This document shows, piece by piece, positions 12,516 to 25,397 of a stretch of DNA of 64,000 nucleotides. Location: NCBI GenBank assembly GCA_951804945.1, contig OX638154.1, positions 59,148,001-59,212,000 of the forward strand, read 5' to 3'. Under the pieces are notes generated by a model. That model ran no database searches. It was not told the DNA's origin and saw only the letters and a program-made list of their open reading frames with translations. Positions within the stretch are counted from its first letter, which is position 1, and every line of letters starts with the position of its first letter. The stretch is from Podarcis cretensis. Lineage: Eukaryota. The position numbers and the translations under genes were made by a program.

Positions 12516-13068
12516 AGATACAGAATTAAACTTCTTGGACTCCAGAGCTGGCTGGCGGCTTTCAGTCTGCTTTGAGGAGCCGCAAGGCCAGGCTCTGCCA
12601 AGCTCAAGACGATTCCCAGAACTTACTGCCCCAGACCCTTGCCAGTAACAGCTCTCAATTAAACTTTAGGACTAAAAGCTCAAGCTCTTCTGACTGCGAA
12701 AACCCTGTCCCTCACTATCTCCAGGAGCCAAGGAGCCGCCATCCAGAGATTTATAGGTCAAAACCAAGTCATTAAAAACAACAACCAGGGGCTAACTGGG
12801 CACCAGCAAAGACACATGCAATTCTGGTGCAAAGCTAAAAATTAACTAAAGAATGTTAATTGATTAACTGTAGGAGTGTTAGTTGCTCAATTAGCCAAAC
12901 AATTACATTTGCATAAATCTGCATATGGCATTTTGGAATCAGTAAGCATGATTTTTGTTTCTAGGTGGTGAACAAGTGTTTGTTAGTAAGCATCTTAGAA
13001 GAGGAGTTCCTCCTGCACAAGAGAAGGAAGATAACAGGCACCAACTCTAAGGGGCCAAGACCCCTTCA

Positions 13069-13143
13069 GACTGTTCTGAGCTGCCCCAGTCTCCTTCTCC
13101 ACCAACTGACTGTTATGAGCTGCCCCAGTCTCCTTCTCCACCA
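13069..13143. repeat. 39-bp tandem duplication
   Basis: gactgtt(c/a)tgagctgccccagtctccttctccacca at 13069 and 13108. Confidence 0.95.
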
Positions 13144-13499
13144 CATGAGAATGCATGTAAGGCACCCAATGGCCTACCACTGGAAAAGGTTGCATCTTTT
13201 GCAAAGGTACTTGCAGATTTTTAAAATACTTATTTTTAAAAACAGTATTATTATTATTATTACTACTACTACTACTACTATATCATGTCCAATAGGATTA
13301 ACTTTAAGTCAACTGAAATAATCTACACAACAAAATGTTGCAGCTCTACTTAAAATATCTGATTTGGAAAACATAGAACAAATGAGGAAACACCTTTCAG
13401 AGTCAGTCAATATTCTGAATGCTACAAGTGCAAGCTTTAGAATTATGTAACTTACCTTTGCAAGGTGCACAAAGCAAGAAAGTGCGAGCAGCTTAAGTG

Positions 13500-13614
13500 T
13501 GATGCTGTATTGTTTTTAATATTCAGTTGGAAGCCGACCAGAGTGGCTGGGGAAACCCAGCCAGCTGGGCGGGGTATAAATAATATAGTAGTAGTAGTAG
13601 TAGTAGTAGTAGTA
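13500..13614 (+). mobile_element. LINE (L2-like) 3' end with (TAG)n tail
   Basis: gttggaagccgaccagagtggctggggaaacccagccagctgggcggggtataaat followed by a microsatellite. The same 3' end occurs at 27731 and 40500. Confidence 0.75.
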
Positions 13615-14242
13615 AATCCCAAAGTGGGAACCCTCAAAGCTGGCCTGGAGGAAATTAAATTAAGGATCGGGTGTAATAAACCTATAGGCACATTAGTATG
13701 AATATTGATTCTTATCCTCACAACAAGCAAACTTGACAAAGCAGCACTGGAGATATTCTTCATATAAGAATCCTCAACAGCAGCCTTGTAGAAGTTAGGA
13801 GCAACTACCAAAAGGCACAACCTATGTAGAAAATGAGAAAGTGCTTGATGTATGGGAAGAATACTTTAAGGCGAATTCTATCTACTTACTCATTTAAGGA
13901 CCAACCCTGTCACCAGAAATTCACAGCTACTTGAAGCAGCTGAAAAATCAGAAGTGCCTTTCCGTTTCTCCACACAAGCAGCCATCAAGGGACCAGAGCC
14001 ATTCCAGGGTTACTTGAATACCATTTGGGAGAAACTGAATAGCAGCACGATCACTATAGCTTGCATGAAGGGCCAATTCCAAGATTTTTGGTCCGTGGAA
14101 GAATAGTTCATAGGAGGAATATGTGTATAAGAAAAATATCTGACATAATATTGGGGGCAACTCTACAGCCTGATTTTGAACTGCCCCTTCCCCAGTAGAA
14201 TCCTGTTTAAAGGAGCTTGACAGCAAATACATACAATAAGAC

Positions 14243-14382
14243 CACCTTTCCCAAACTGGTGTCCTTCAGGTACTGTTGGGACTGCAACTCCCATCATCCC
14301 CGACCATTGGCCATGCTGGCCGAGGCTGATGGGAGTTGAGAGTCCCAACAATATCTGGAGGGCGCCAGCTTGGGGAAGGCTG
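14243..14382. mobile_element. Palindromic hAT-like MITE, family B
   Basis: cctttcccaaactgg / ccagcttggggaaggctg ends and internal inverted arms gttgggact..aactcccatca / tgatgggagtt..agtcccaac. Relatives at 48185 and 49939. Confidence 0.8.
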
Positions 14383-14730
14383 CACCAGGGGAATTTAATT
14401 GCCAAGAGATCACACCAACATATTAAATAACCCTTTGAAAGTTGATAAATGCCACTCCTCTAAGCTGGATAGGAAGGGGACTAAAAGAGATGGACACGTC
14501 GTGTTTGCCAGCCAATCTGTCCAATGAGAAAATTATTTCCCCAGTCCCAAAGGATACTCTGACTATCAACATGAGATCTAGGTTTCTGCATTGAAACACT
14601 TCACTGCACTGAGTTCCAACAATGTCCACATACCGAATGTCTCCTCCTTTCTAGTGGAAATGGCTTAACCATTTGGGAGTTCACCAAATCCCATTTTGAG
14701 AGAAAGCAATAGACACGATTCACCCCCCCC

Positions 14731-14765
<35 letters not shown>

Positions 14766-14910
14766 AGCACACACCTCCAGTGGTGGCCAAGAAATGCAGC
14801 TTAGCTCATCCTCCACTGTTGATGTGTGTCACCATCAGCACACTTGGTAGGAATGCCTTCCATGTGCTTTGATGGTGTGGGAAGGGGTTCTCCTTGGGTA
14901 CCGATGTATG

Positions 14911-15340
14911 TGTCCAGGAATGGACGAAGAAGAATAGTGCAAGGCAACAGTTGGGAACCCCCAAAGGGAATCCCAGAGCCCAGGGTTTGATGGTGGGATG
15001 CTGAGGAGAGCGGGAAGATTGGCAGGAGGTGCTGGATACTGAAGGGACAACAGGGTTTAGTGAGCAGGAGGAACCTGTGAGGAGGAATAGTTCAAACTCT
15101 GAGGCTGAAGCGGACAGGATAATGAGGAGAGCAGGCAGGGGTCATAGGTGGGCAGACACAGTTTGCGACTGCTTGGGAAACATCCAGGACAGGAGGAGCC
15201 TTAGAAAGGGTGGAAGGCAGGGACCTTCAGCCCTGGCAACTATTCTATAGGGGCAAGTGCTGCTGAGTTGTATGCAACAACTTCACTGACAACTGACTCT
15301 GCTTCTCTGTCCTGACCAACATCTGACTCCAGCCCTGACA
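14911..15340. mobile_element. Solo LTR (430 bp)
   Basis: TGTC...TGACA termini and a perfect 5-bp TSD gtatg (14906-14910, 15341-15345). Shares gggaaccccca..cagagcccaggg..tggtgggatg and ataggggcaag with 36389-36629. Confidence 0.82.
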
Positions 15341-15677
15341 GTATGCAGGGAAAACTCCTCCATGTAAGGAGGGACTCTAGCCCAATGAGTGTTCCTCCCC
15401 ACCAGAAGGAGTTCTCTCCCTTTATAAGCAAGGACAACCCTTTTGAACACCGGTAGGATGCACAGATGGGCAAGCAGGTGCTTCCACGACATGCATGAGC
15501 AGCACGTGGCATTTCAGTGGCTGGGCCAATCCACATGGTCCTTCTCACTCCATTGTTCACTATGGAGAGGGGATGGCCATTTCGTGTGAACGCCCTCTAA
15601 ATGAACCAGGTTCCTCTTTCCTTCTTTCTCAATTGCACTCCCAAAGAAATTTATGTGGCTCTCCTATTTCTATTATA

Positions 15678-16023
15678 GGGATGCGGGTGGTGCTGTAGGT
15701 TAAACCACAGAGCCTAGGGCTTGCAGATCAGAAGGTCGGTGGTTCGAATCCCCGTGACGGGGTGAGCTCCCGTTGCTTGGTCCCTGCTCCTGCCAACCTA
15801 GCAGTTTGAAAGCACGTCAAAGTGCAAGTAGATAAATAGGTACCACTTGGGCGGGAAGGTAAACAGCGTTTCTGTGCGCTGCTCTGGTTCGCCAGAAGCG
15901 GCTTAGTCATGCTGGCCACACGACCTGGAAGCTGTATGCCGGCTCCCTCGGCCAGTAAAGCGAGATGAGCGCCGCAACCCCAGAGTCGTCTGCAACTGGA
16001 CCTAATGGTCCCTTTACCTTTTA
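15678..16023 (+). mobile_element. Sauria SINE, full length
   Basis: Clearly homologous to 3560-3898. Imperfect TSD cctatttctattata / cctatttcttata. Confidence 0.92.
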
Positions 16024-18389
16024 CCTATTTCTTATATCCGACAACCTGATGGGATAAATACTTATCATTGAAGGTCGTGATCGAAATGTACATACCCTTA
16101 TCCGCCCAAGCGCTGTCCCTATCAACTCAAAGGAATGACCATCAGCTCAGAAGAACCATGCATACAAGCGTAAATGACTGGCACCATCAAGCAAACTGTT
16201 TGGCATTTTGACTGTTAACATTTCATTTAAGAGCAACCAAAAAATAAATAAAATGGCAACAAGGAATAAAACCTCCCTTCCTTCTCCAGGCTGTCACTCT
16301 GTGATAATAAGGAAGAATCTTTGGCAGAAACTGAGAAATTCACACCTTTCTAGAGGTGGGGAGGAGGGGGTGAGAGGAATCTGGTTTGCAAAAAAGGATA
16401 GTGGCTTGAGCCACAAGCCTAGCTGGACTTTCTCCACATTGGTCTGTGAAATCCAAAACAGGTTTTTCCCTCTCTTTGGAAGATTTTGTTTTGGAATGCC
16501 AGTAATTCTAGTGGCAAGAACAGCAGCTTTATGTTCAGAAATGAGCCAGCTGGAGAGCTGCAGCCCTCATGAAATAATGAAATGCCAAACCAACCCCTGC
16601 ATCTTCCACAGTCTCTCAGGTCACCTACCAGATTAGAAGGCCTGTTGCTAAGGCAACCATATCTTGCAAGTGCTAGCTGAACTTCCCCATAATTTTAACC
16701 CTTTAACTATCTCAGGAAGGTAATGCTAATAATAATGCAGCTCGGAGAAAGTTGGATTTATTGTCTGCTTAACAAAATGGGGGGGGGGGGGAGAGACCAT
16801 CCTTCTGCATTGGATCTAAAACTCTCTGGCTGCTTTCCTAGAATTTAACAGAAAATTACTGACGGATAAAAGAAATATACAGCCAACAAACTTTTACATG
16901 CACCTGCCAATATTGGGGGGGGGGAACAGGCTGGGGGGTAAGGAGAGAGAAGAGTCTGCTGTGAATATGAAATAGGAACAAAGCAAAAAATGGGATGTTA
17001 TTATTCCTTGCGGTCAGAATTTCGTGTCTGCATATTACAGAGCATGGGTAAGCCCCTCTGTGGTAAACAGAAGGCAGAGAAAAGCTATGCTGAGGGGGAC
17101 AGATGGTCAGCGGTACACTAACACCTTCCAGTTGCCTAAAAGGGACCCACTGCCAAGTGACACCCCACCCCACCCCCTTCTCTTTCTGTCTCCAAATATC
17201 TTCATAAAGGGTCACGCAAGGCAGCACACTCCAAACTCAAGGCGAGTTACTCTTATGTGTGGCAAAGAGCTGCTCAGCATCCAAAAGGTTGACCATTTGT
17301 GAAAGCATGATCAGGCAATGCAAATTATTAAAATCAAAACCACCACAAAACCCTGCGGCTTCCATGCTCAAAAACGAGCAGTTGGGGATCGGTGATGGTA
17401 CCACAACAGCCTCCACGAACAGTGCATCTTAAGGATTTAAGAGAAATTGCTTGCTAAGACCAATAATGAAGCAGCGTGACTTGTGTCCCAGACATGGATC
17501 CTTTCTGCCGGGTACCAAACCACGACAACTACATGTGGGATTATTCTGCGCCCCCCCCCCCGATGTTTGTTCTCAAATTACCAATTCAGAAGCTTAACAT
17601 GTTATATTATAGTGCCAGAGCTCTCAAGCAGCTGCCCAACAAATTACAATTGAACCACCAAAAAGTTAAAGAAGTAAAACCAACTATCTAGAAAGAAGAA
17701 ATTTCAATACTGGAATTGGGAAAGTCCTACCTGAATAGTCGTAACCAATGAAACATCCCCATTTCTTGTGGACACCTGCCTTCCCTCAAGAGGCAGGGTC
17801 AAGTCTAGGCAGAGCTTCATCACATGTTTTTTAAGGCACATAGGGAAGGAGGATTTCATAGAAGGGGTTCTTAAACTACCTTGGTCTCAAAGTGTATAGA
17901 TTTCTTTGTGCTTAAGCAGCACTGAAGAATGGACAGTCAGGAATAAAAGCAGAACTGAAAAAGCAAGGAGCAAGGATGAATAAGAATTCCTACTTCACAA
18001 CAGCCAATTTTAAAATGCTGAGGCAACTTCTCACACCTCAAGAAAGAAAACGCCAACATGGAAACAGTGCAAGTGAAAGGCATCCTTGGCCTATATCCTG
18101 AATGCCAGCAGAAGAGGATGTGGGTAGAAGGAGAAAGTAAAATTAGCACCAGGGGTCAGATAAGCTGTGCTTGTTCCCACTCTCCTATTCTTGCTGTTCC
18201 TAAGTTGCTTTGGAACCTCATTTTCCAGCATAGATTTTCAGCGCAAGGTCAGTGGTCAATAAATATAAAGGGCAAGCAGATCTCATACGCATCACTATGA
18301 AGCGGATGCATGAAACGTCTTGGGTTGATATTTCCCCAGGTAGTTTGAGGTAGACATTCTAATCAGCAGTATCTAAATATTAAGACTAA

Positions 18390-18390
<1 letters not shown>

Positions 18391-18429
<39 letters not shown>
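18391..18429. repeat. (AC)n microsatellite
   Basis: Seen directly. Confidence 0.97.
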
Positions 18430-18433
<4 letters not shown>

Positions 18434-21187
18434 AACAAACCCCATCTGTACTGTTGGACCCAATACTGGAATACCACTGGGGGACTTGGTTGTGCAAGAA
18501 CCACACATTTAAAGCACACTGGAACACTGAGAACTGTACAGAGCTATACACAGATCTGCAATTCTCAGTACCTAAAGAAACTGCAGTTCCAAATACCCTT
18601 GAGGGTAAGCTATGTGCTTTAACTGTATGGTGTGTCCACAAACGTGGATGAATGCCTTTGGCTGAAACAGATCAACAAACATTGCTTCTTCCTACAGAAG
18701 AAATGGATTCTGGTAGGGTTTGGGTGGTGTGCAACAGCAGAACTGCTCATTTGACGTTTCTTGAAATCATTCTGCTGACTCCTGGCAGTTACCAAACAGC
18801 GGCAGTTGATGGCGCATTGACCTCTGTGCAGTGGAACCTTTTCTGAGATGCCTGCACAGGATTCCTTCCTGCCTGAACACAATACCTTGTCTCTCTCTCC
18901 CCCCCCCCTTCTTTTCTTGCATTTACCACTCCTGCAATCTTGGTGCTTATGCTAGGTGCAGCCAAGCCAATAAGCAGCAATATTCAGAAAAGTCTGAACT
19001 AATGATAGTCATCAATGTGTGATAATATGTAATTGATGAGAATCTGTTCTCCCAGTCACTCTGAGGAGCTCCTGGGTTGACACCAGGGATGCTTCCATGT
19101 TGCAGTTTATTAGTGCTGCTTACACATGCAACTTTTGTGCAGCATCCGCAAGACGTTGGCCTCATCAAAATGCTGTCCCATATTATTTTCCCATTTAACG
19201 TAGACTTGTACTTTCCATGAAAAATCCAGCAAGTTTAAAAAACCTGCAGGAGCAACAAACGACATTCCCCAAGTATTAGCACTAGTGAAAGGATTAGCGC
19301 TAGCACAATGGGGCTTGCCCACTGTCTTCCTCCCACCATTCCCAAATTTGCTCTGGAGGGTTGATGAAGCTTCCATAACAGGCTTAGGGGGTGTGCAGTG
19401 TAGAGGAGAGCGGGAGAGTGTTTTCCTACACTGAATACAACCCAGTAAATCTAGATTAAATTTTGGGAGGAGGGGATATGGGACAGAATTTTGATGAGAA
19501 CAAAATCCTGCATGCATGTGTTGCATTGAGACCACAAGAAGCTGCCATGCAGAAGCACCTCAGGTTTCCAAGATGGAAAGAGAGAATAAAATCCAGACAG
19601 CAGAATTCCAAAGTTTGGAATGGAATCTGCATCCGTCTTCTTTTCCCACGTTGCAGAAAGCTTCTTGAACTAGAGGTTCCTTAGATAATATCTCTTTGGC
19701 TAGCAAACAATGTGGCAGTACTACGCGGAGAATTATGAAGGGATTTCTATCATTATTAAGTAAAATAATAAAAAGAATGCGTGATAGAACAGGGGCGGGG
19801 AGGAGATACTGGAATCAAGCTTTCAAAAGAAGTGGTGTGGGGGATCTGCGACTGCAGCCTGTGTTTTCTAGAATTTTATCACTGAACTGCACACTTAACC
19901 TGAACTTGGTCATCTGCCAAACTGTATTATGTAAGGGATACAGATACGGAATGTTTCGAGAAATTGCCCGGCAGATTTTAACAAGGCAACTCTCCTATTG
20001 CAAGATCCTTTAGTACTCAGTAAGAAAAATCCACTTAATATTGAATAAAGTTACACATTTTTTGGGGTGGGGAAAGGAGAGGATACAGGACAGGAGAGAT
20101 AACGGCCTTCTATCCCCAACTTCATGTGCTAATTTGACACTGGTGTTTGAACAGCATTTGGTCTGCAGACAAGGCAATTTAATACTCTTGTATTCCCAGA
20201 GTAAAATCTCTTTAGAAAGGGCTTGAGAGGGGCCACATACACAAGGCAGGTGGGGAGGGGGAGGGTCTTCAACCAGCAGCCACACGTAAGACAAAATACA
20301 CTGCTAAAATTAACCATGCAATTGCCTGACTTGAGATATTTTGAAAGAATAGGCAGTTCCATTTCCAAATAAATTTATCCTGCAACTTTAAGCAACTGTC
20401 TAGAAAGTATTTCAAATGCCACATTGTTCCCTGGTTATACTCTCTCCTTCCCCCAAAAAGTGGGGAAAACTGAAATCTTTAAACAAGACAGACTGTTCCA
20501 ATTATAATTGTACATTAAGGCTGCAATCCTATGCATGCTTCCTTGCTAGTAACCGAGTTCAACGGGGCTATGTCCAAGTAAACTTGCCTTGGCTTAGGCT
20601 GCACATGCATTAAATAAGCCTTAAAGCTGTGCAGCAGTAACCAAACATCCAGGCTCCCATGAGTAAAGCAATCAATAACGGAGCCCTGGCCCATTCTGGC
20701 AGGATATACAGTTCCCTTGCTATGGTCAATAGATGCTGTCTCCCACACTGTAAAAGAAATGTAGGGGACACATATGCTGGTTGTTTCATCCCTGGAAGTA
20801 CCAGCTTATCAAAGTGAAATATTTTCATAAACATGCAGGTTGTTTGCTTACAAGAAATATTCTGGAGAGTTTAATACTCCTACTACATTTTATTTAGAGG
20901 GCTTTATAACAGCTTCATAAAAAGGTAGGCCCCTGAAATCTTTGCTCCAATTGTACAGAAGCTTGAGCTGAGCTGGTGACTTATCCAAAGCAACATGACT
21001 CTGTGGCTGAGATGGACTTGAACCCAGGATTCATAGCTCCAATGCCATCTTCCTAGGGACTGCGACCCTGGAAGCTTTTCATTGTGAAGACTGGTGTTTC
21101 CTATGCCACAATCCCTCTCAATAGAAACAGGACACCTGAGAACAAGAACACACACATCACCACAATGTCCCCCCCCCCCACTTTCCT

Positions 21188-21553
21188 CTGGTTCACACAT
21201 CAAGTTCAGACAAACTATAGCCTAGCTCAAATACATGAATTCCTGGGGAGAAGTAGATTGCTGCTGCTTCCTTCCTCCATGGTCACTCTCCTGCTGAGCT
21301 GAGCCAAGCCACAATTTGGCTTAGTATGTCATCTGAACTGAGGCTTGTGGGTTTAGCTCTCTCGGATGCCTTGGTTACATAGCGTGATTCGTCTGGAGAG
21401 AGCTAAACCACATGCCTGGGTTTGGATGACTTAGCTCAGTAGAGTGGTAGTATGACCAGAGGAGCAAAGTGGCCACAACCTCCTGTCTGACAGTCTGCAT
21501 ATTTGCTTTTTCGTGCAAAGCCAAAGCAGGGCTTAGTTTGATGTGCAAACCAG
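21188..21553. mobile_element. Palindromic MITE (related fragment at ~11386-11530)
   Basis: TIRs ctggttcacacatcaa / ttgatgtgcaaaccag (14/16) and internal inverted arms ggtttagctctctc / gagagagctaaacc. Confidence 0.65.
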
Positions 21554-23579
21554 GCTCACTTTTGGCCTTCCTCCTGCTCCCTCCGTCACTAAGAGGATTT
21601 TCATCAAAGGTTTGAAAGCATCTAATCATTACGTGCAAGTGGTGATTTTTAAAACCACTCGATCAGATCCAGTCATCTTTCTTTTGCGTACAGCTCTGGT
21701 GTTTTCACACACAAGCCAGTTTTGGGGCCAAAAGGAAACCCAATGCAATCAGCAGCATATGAAGGATGCACAGTTGCTTTAGTGAACAAGCCTACGGTGC
21801 AGTGCTTTCATTGAAAAAGCAAAAAGGCAGCCAAGCTACCCTTTCTCCTAGGCATGTTAGTGCCTTGGCAAGACATGCATACTCTTCAGTTCCAAGTAGG
21901 CCCCTGTGAATTCTGCACACACACAAAACCTCCAATACACTTCAAATTCCACAGACTACACTAAACAAAATTGAGAGTTCTGGAATCGTAAATATCAGGC
22001 AATTCCATCCATAGATTCTGAACTATCTTGCCACCAATTTGTATTTTGTTTTGTTTCAGCAAGGACTAAGCAGTCAATGAGCAAAGTGCCAAAAAAGCAC
22101 ACAAGACAGGAATGCCAGTATTGTTGTAAATTCACATGTAGGTGGACTTGCAGCCAACATACAGTCCTGCATCTTCTATTCAGCCCCCTTTAATGTCCCC
22201 CAGCAGGTATTTTGCTGCCAAATGGTCACCTGCTATTGATTTCACCACCACTGGGAGATTACCCTCCCCACCAATCTGTTCTGCCACTCTTGCCTGACAA
22301 ATTTTGATCTTGCACTCATCTAACAGACCATTTCCTGCTCCTGCCCACAGAGTCCATTGGGCAGAGCATCTACTTGATGGTCTACCTGGCACGCGTGATT
22401 GTCAGGCATCCATTTACAAGGGGGAAGGATGCACAGGGGGGAAGGATGCACCTCTGCACACCATCACCTTTGTATGAATCATGCTCCCTCAGCTTGCCAG
22501 ACAACTGTTGGGGAAGCATGCAACTGTGATGGGGGTGACAGCTCATGGGCAGAGACGGCGCCACATTCTTGTCATTCCTGTGAAAATTAAGCCTTTCCTT
22601 TCTATGAGAGGGAAAGAATGGTCAGCCCGGTTTCCACCCACCACGGACTCTTGCCATGCCCCTTTATCCTACCCACACCCCATCATCAAATGTGGCCCTT
22701 TGGGGCAAAAGGTTAAAGCAGAAAGGACCCAAAGGTACCTAGTCAACAAGTGATGTTCATGATGAAGAGGTTCCATTGCTCGACATCACTGGGGATTTAG
22801 AAGGCAGGAGTGTTAAGATGTTAGCCAGATTCTGCCCCAAGGACAAGTAAATTTACAGGGGTGGTCAATAAGATTCCCATTCAAACTATAACCATGAGTG
22901 AGTGGAACAGATTGTACATTCCAGGGTATACAGTGAATCCATTATTTGTGTCAATTAAGGATCCCTTTTCTTTAAATTGCTTTCATCATTACTCCATTGT
23001 TCGCTAGACAATTTCACTTCAGAGCAAGCTTCAACTTTTGCAACCAACCTCCTCTCCTGCACCATTCTCTCATATCACTGAAAAGTTTATTATGTCCTCT
23101 AGCTGTAAATAAGCGGAAAACACACAGGTTAGAAATCAGCAAGGCAAATAGGAAATGATTATAGACATGAAAAAGAAGCAGCTCCCATCAGTTTATTACT
23201 ATAGAAAAAGAGACTGCACAGGAGACAGATTGTCCTGAGGTACGAATGAAAATTCTTACCATTTAATACATCTCAGGATACAGAAACAACTTGTGCCTGT
23301 GGTGCAAAATAAGCTCCATATTTAAGAGACAAATGTGTTTGCTCTGCATATACTGTACCAGCAAATGTGAACATGCAAATGTGAACATGTCATGATCATA
23401 ACGATTCCCAGATGCATTTATGTCATCTACACTCTGTGTTTGCTCCAGGAAACACCACTGTTAACACCTGTACAGACCAAACATTTACCTTGTGACGTGT
23501 AGAACTGCCCATAGTAACTGGAACAGCAGTGGAGGGGGCCCACTTGGAAAGGTCTAAGATCCTGAAAATGGAACTACTC

Positions 23580-23583
<4 letters not shown>

Positions 23584-23622
<39 letters not shown>
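23584..23622. repeat. (CT)n microsatellite
   Basis: Seen directly. Confidence 0.97.
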
Positions 23623-23626
<4 letters not shown>

Positions 23627-25008
23627 GCACACATGAGAGCACAGGGAATTTTGGGGGGAGGTAAATATTCCATGTTTCCGCAAGGGTAGTTTTAAAAGGC
23701 AAGACGTTTAGACACAAGAAAAGAAACACTTACGGCTTAATTTCCCATTCTTTCCCTCAGCAATATATCTCCATCCCCAATGCACATAAATTTTGAGGGA
23801 AATCTGCCAAAAGTTCCCTGGCAAAATCAACACCATAGACAAAGTTGGATGCGGATGCAATGCTGTTGTGCCTTTTTACCAATACATGCTTTCTGAAAGA
23901 GACCCTTCCGCTCTTATTCCATTAGTTGCTAGTAATTACATATATCGTTTACCTAGAAGATGGTTTTATAGTTATTCTCGCTCTTCCTTCAAACAGAGAC
24001 CCTCGTTTTTGAACCCTGCCAACTGGCTTTGGAACTTGATTAGCTATGTATATCAACACTAAACATCTGTAACTGGCAAAATTTACAACCAGAAATAAAG
24101 AAGACTGACCTTCACTACATTGACAGACATTTAGGTTCTTGTATTACAACCATGTGGACAGGCAAAATTCATTATCTGTAATAGCTTCCCCTTGTAACCT
24201 GATTAAAACACAAAAGGCATCAATTCTGTATCCCTTTGACCTGCCAGCTACTTCCAACCTAAACCAATGAGAGGGATTATTTGACAAAAGTCATTGTTCC
24301 TGGACCAATCAGTATTACACAGAAAAAACCAACATGTTCTCAATTTTTAAAACTTACGTTTATTCTTGGCAGTGACTTTAAAAAGCTGTTAATGTTGGTA
24401 TAAAGCAGTAATCCCAGCCTGTCTATAGTCCAATGGTAGCCATTTGCCAGTTCTCAATGGATACATTCCTGAGGGTTTTAGAGTAGCATGCAGAGCATTC
24501 AGAGATGGGTATTTACCTCCACCACGTTTAAAAAATGAATTAATGTGCTGGCATGGATTTAGGGTTTTTAAATGGATTGGATATGTGGCATAACTATTGT
24601 AGACAGAATCCAAAGAACTCTGCATGAAATTTACTGACCAAGGAAGTTTGGGACTGGGGTTCCTCGCATAGCAAGCCACTTCTGAATCAGAGATGAGTTT
24701 CAAAAGCAGTTAGCAATACAGCATTTGGCTGTCTTAAGAATAAGGCTGTCCTAAGGAAAGGAGGGAAGTAAGACTTAAGAAAACCCACCAAGAATGAAAA
24801 ATTGTTTAGATCTGAATCTTGGTTGCCAGTGGGAACATGCATCTTAATTTTAAACTAGTGAAAGGCACAAACTATTTTACTGAATAATAAAAATAATAAA
24901 TAGACGAGCCCCCTCAATTTAGTTTTTTTATTTAATTATTATAATTGAAAACCAGCCCTATAATGGCACCATATATAACTAAAACATCAAATACTAACAC
25001 TGTCAGTA

Positions 25009-25267
25009 CCGTATTTTTCGCTCTATAAGATGCACCAGACCACAAGACGCACCTAGTTTTTGGAGGAGGAAAACAAGAAAAAAAATATTCTGAATCTCAG
25101 AAGCCAGAACAGCAAGAGGGATCGCTGCGCAGTGAAAGCAGCAATCCCTCTCGCTGTTCTGGCTTCTGGGATAGTTGCGCAGCCTGCATTCGCTCCACAA
25201 GACGCACACACATTTCCCCTTACTTTTTAGGAGGGAAAAAGTGAGTCTTATAGAGCAAAAAATATGG
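25009..25267. mobile_element. pogo/Tigger-like (Tc1/mariner) MITE, family C
   Basis: TIRs ccgtatttttcgctctataaga / tcttatagagcaaaaaatatgg, TA TSD on both sides, and an internal 31-bp inverted repeat. Confidence 0.9.
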
Positions 25268-25397
25268 TAATTCGAGATTCTTACTCAACCACCTTTTAAT
25301 CAAGTGATAACCATTGAACCTGAATATTATTATAGCTTCAGCATTCAGAGACAAGGGGTGTTCTATATCCAAGGAGCAACTACAGAGAATCACTCTC

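Noticed and set aside
13450-13485. Recursive splice site (minus-strand AG|GTAAGT)
   Set aside because: The acceptor is AAG rather than YAG, the pyrimidine tract is interrupted, and it abuts an L2 insertion.
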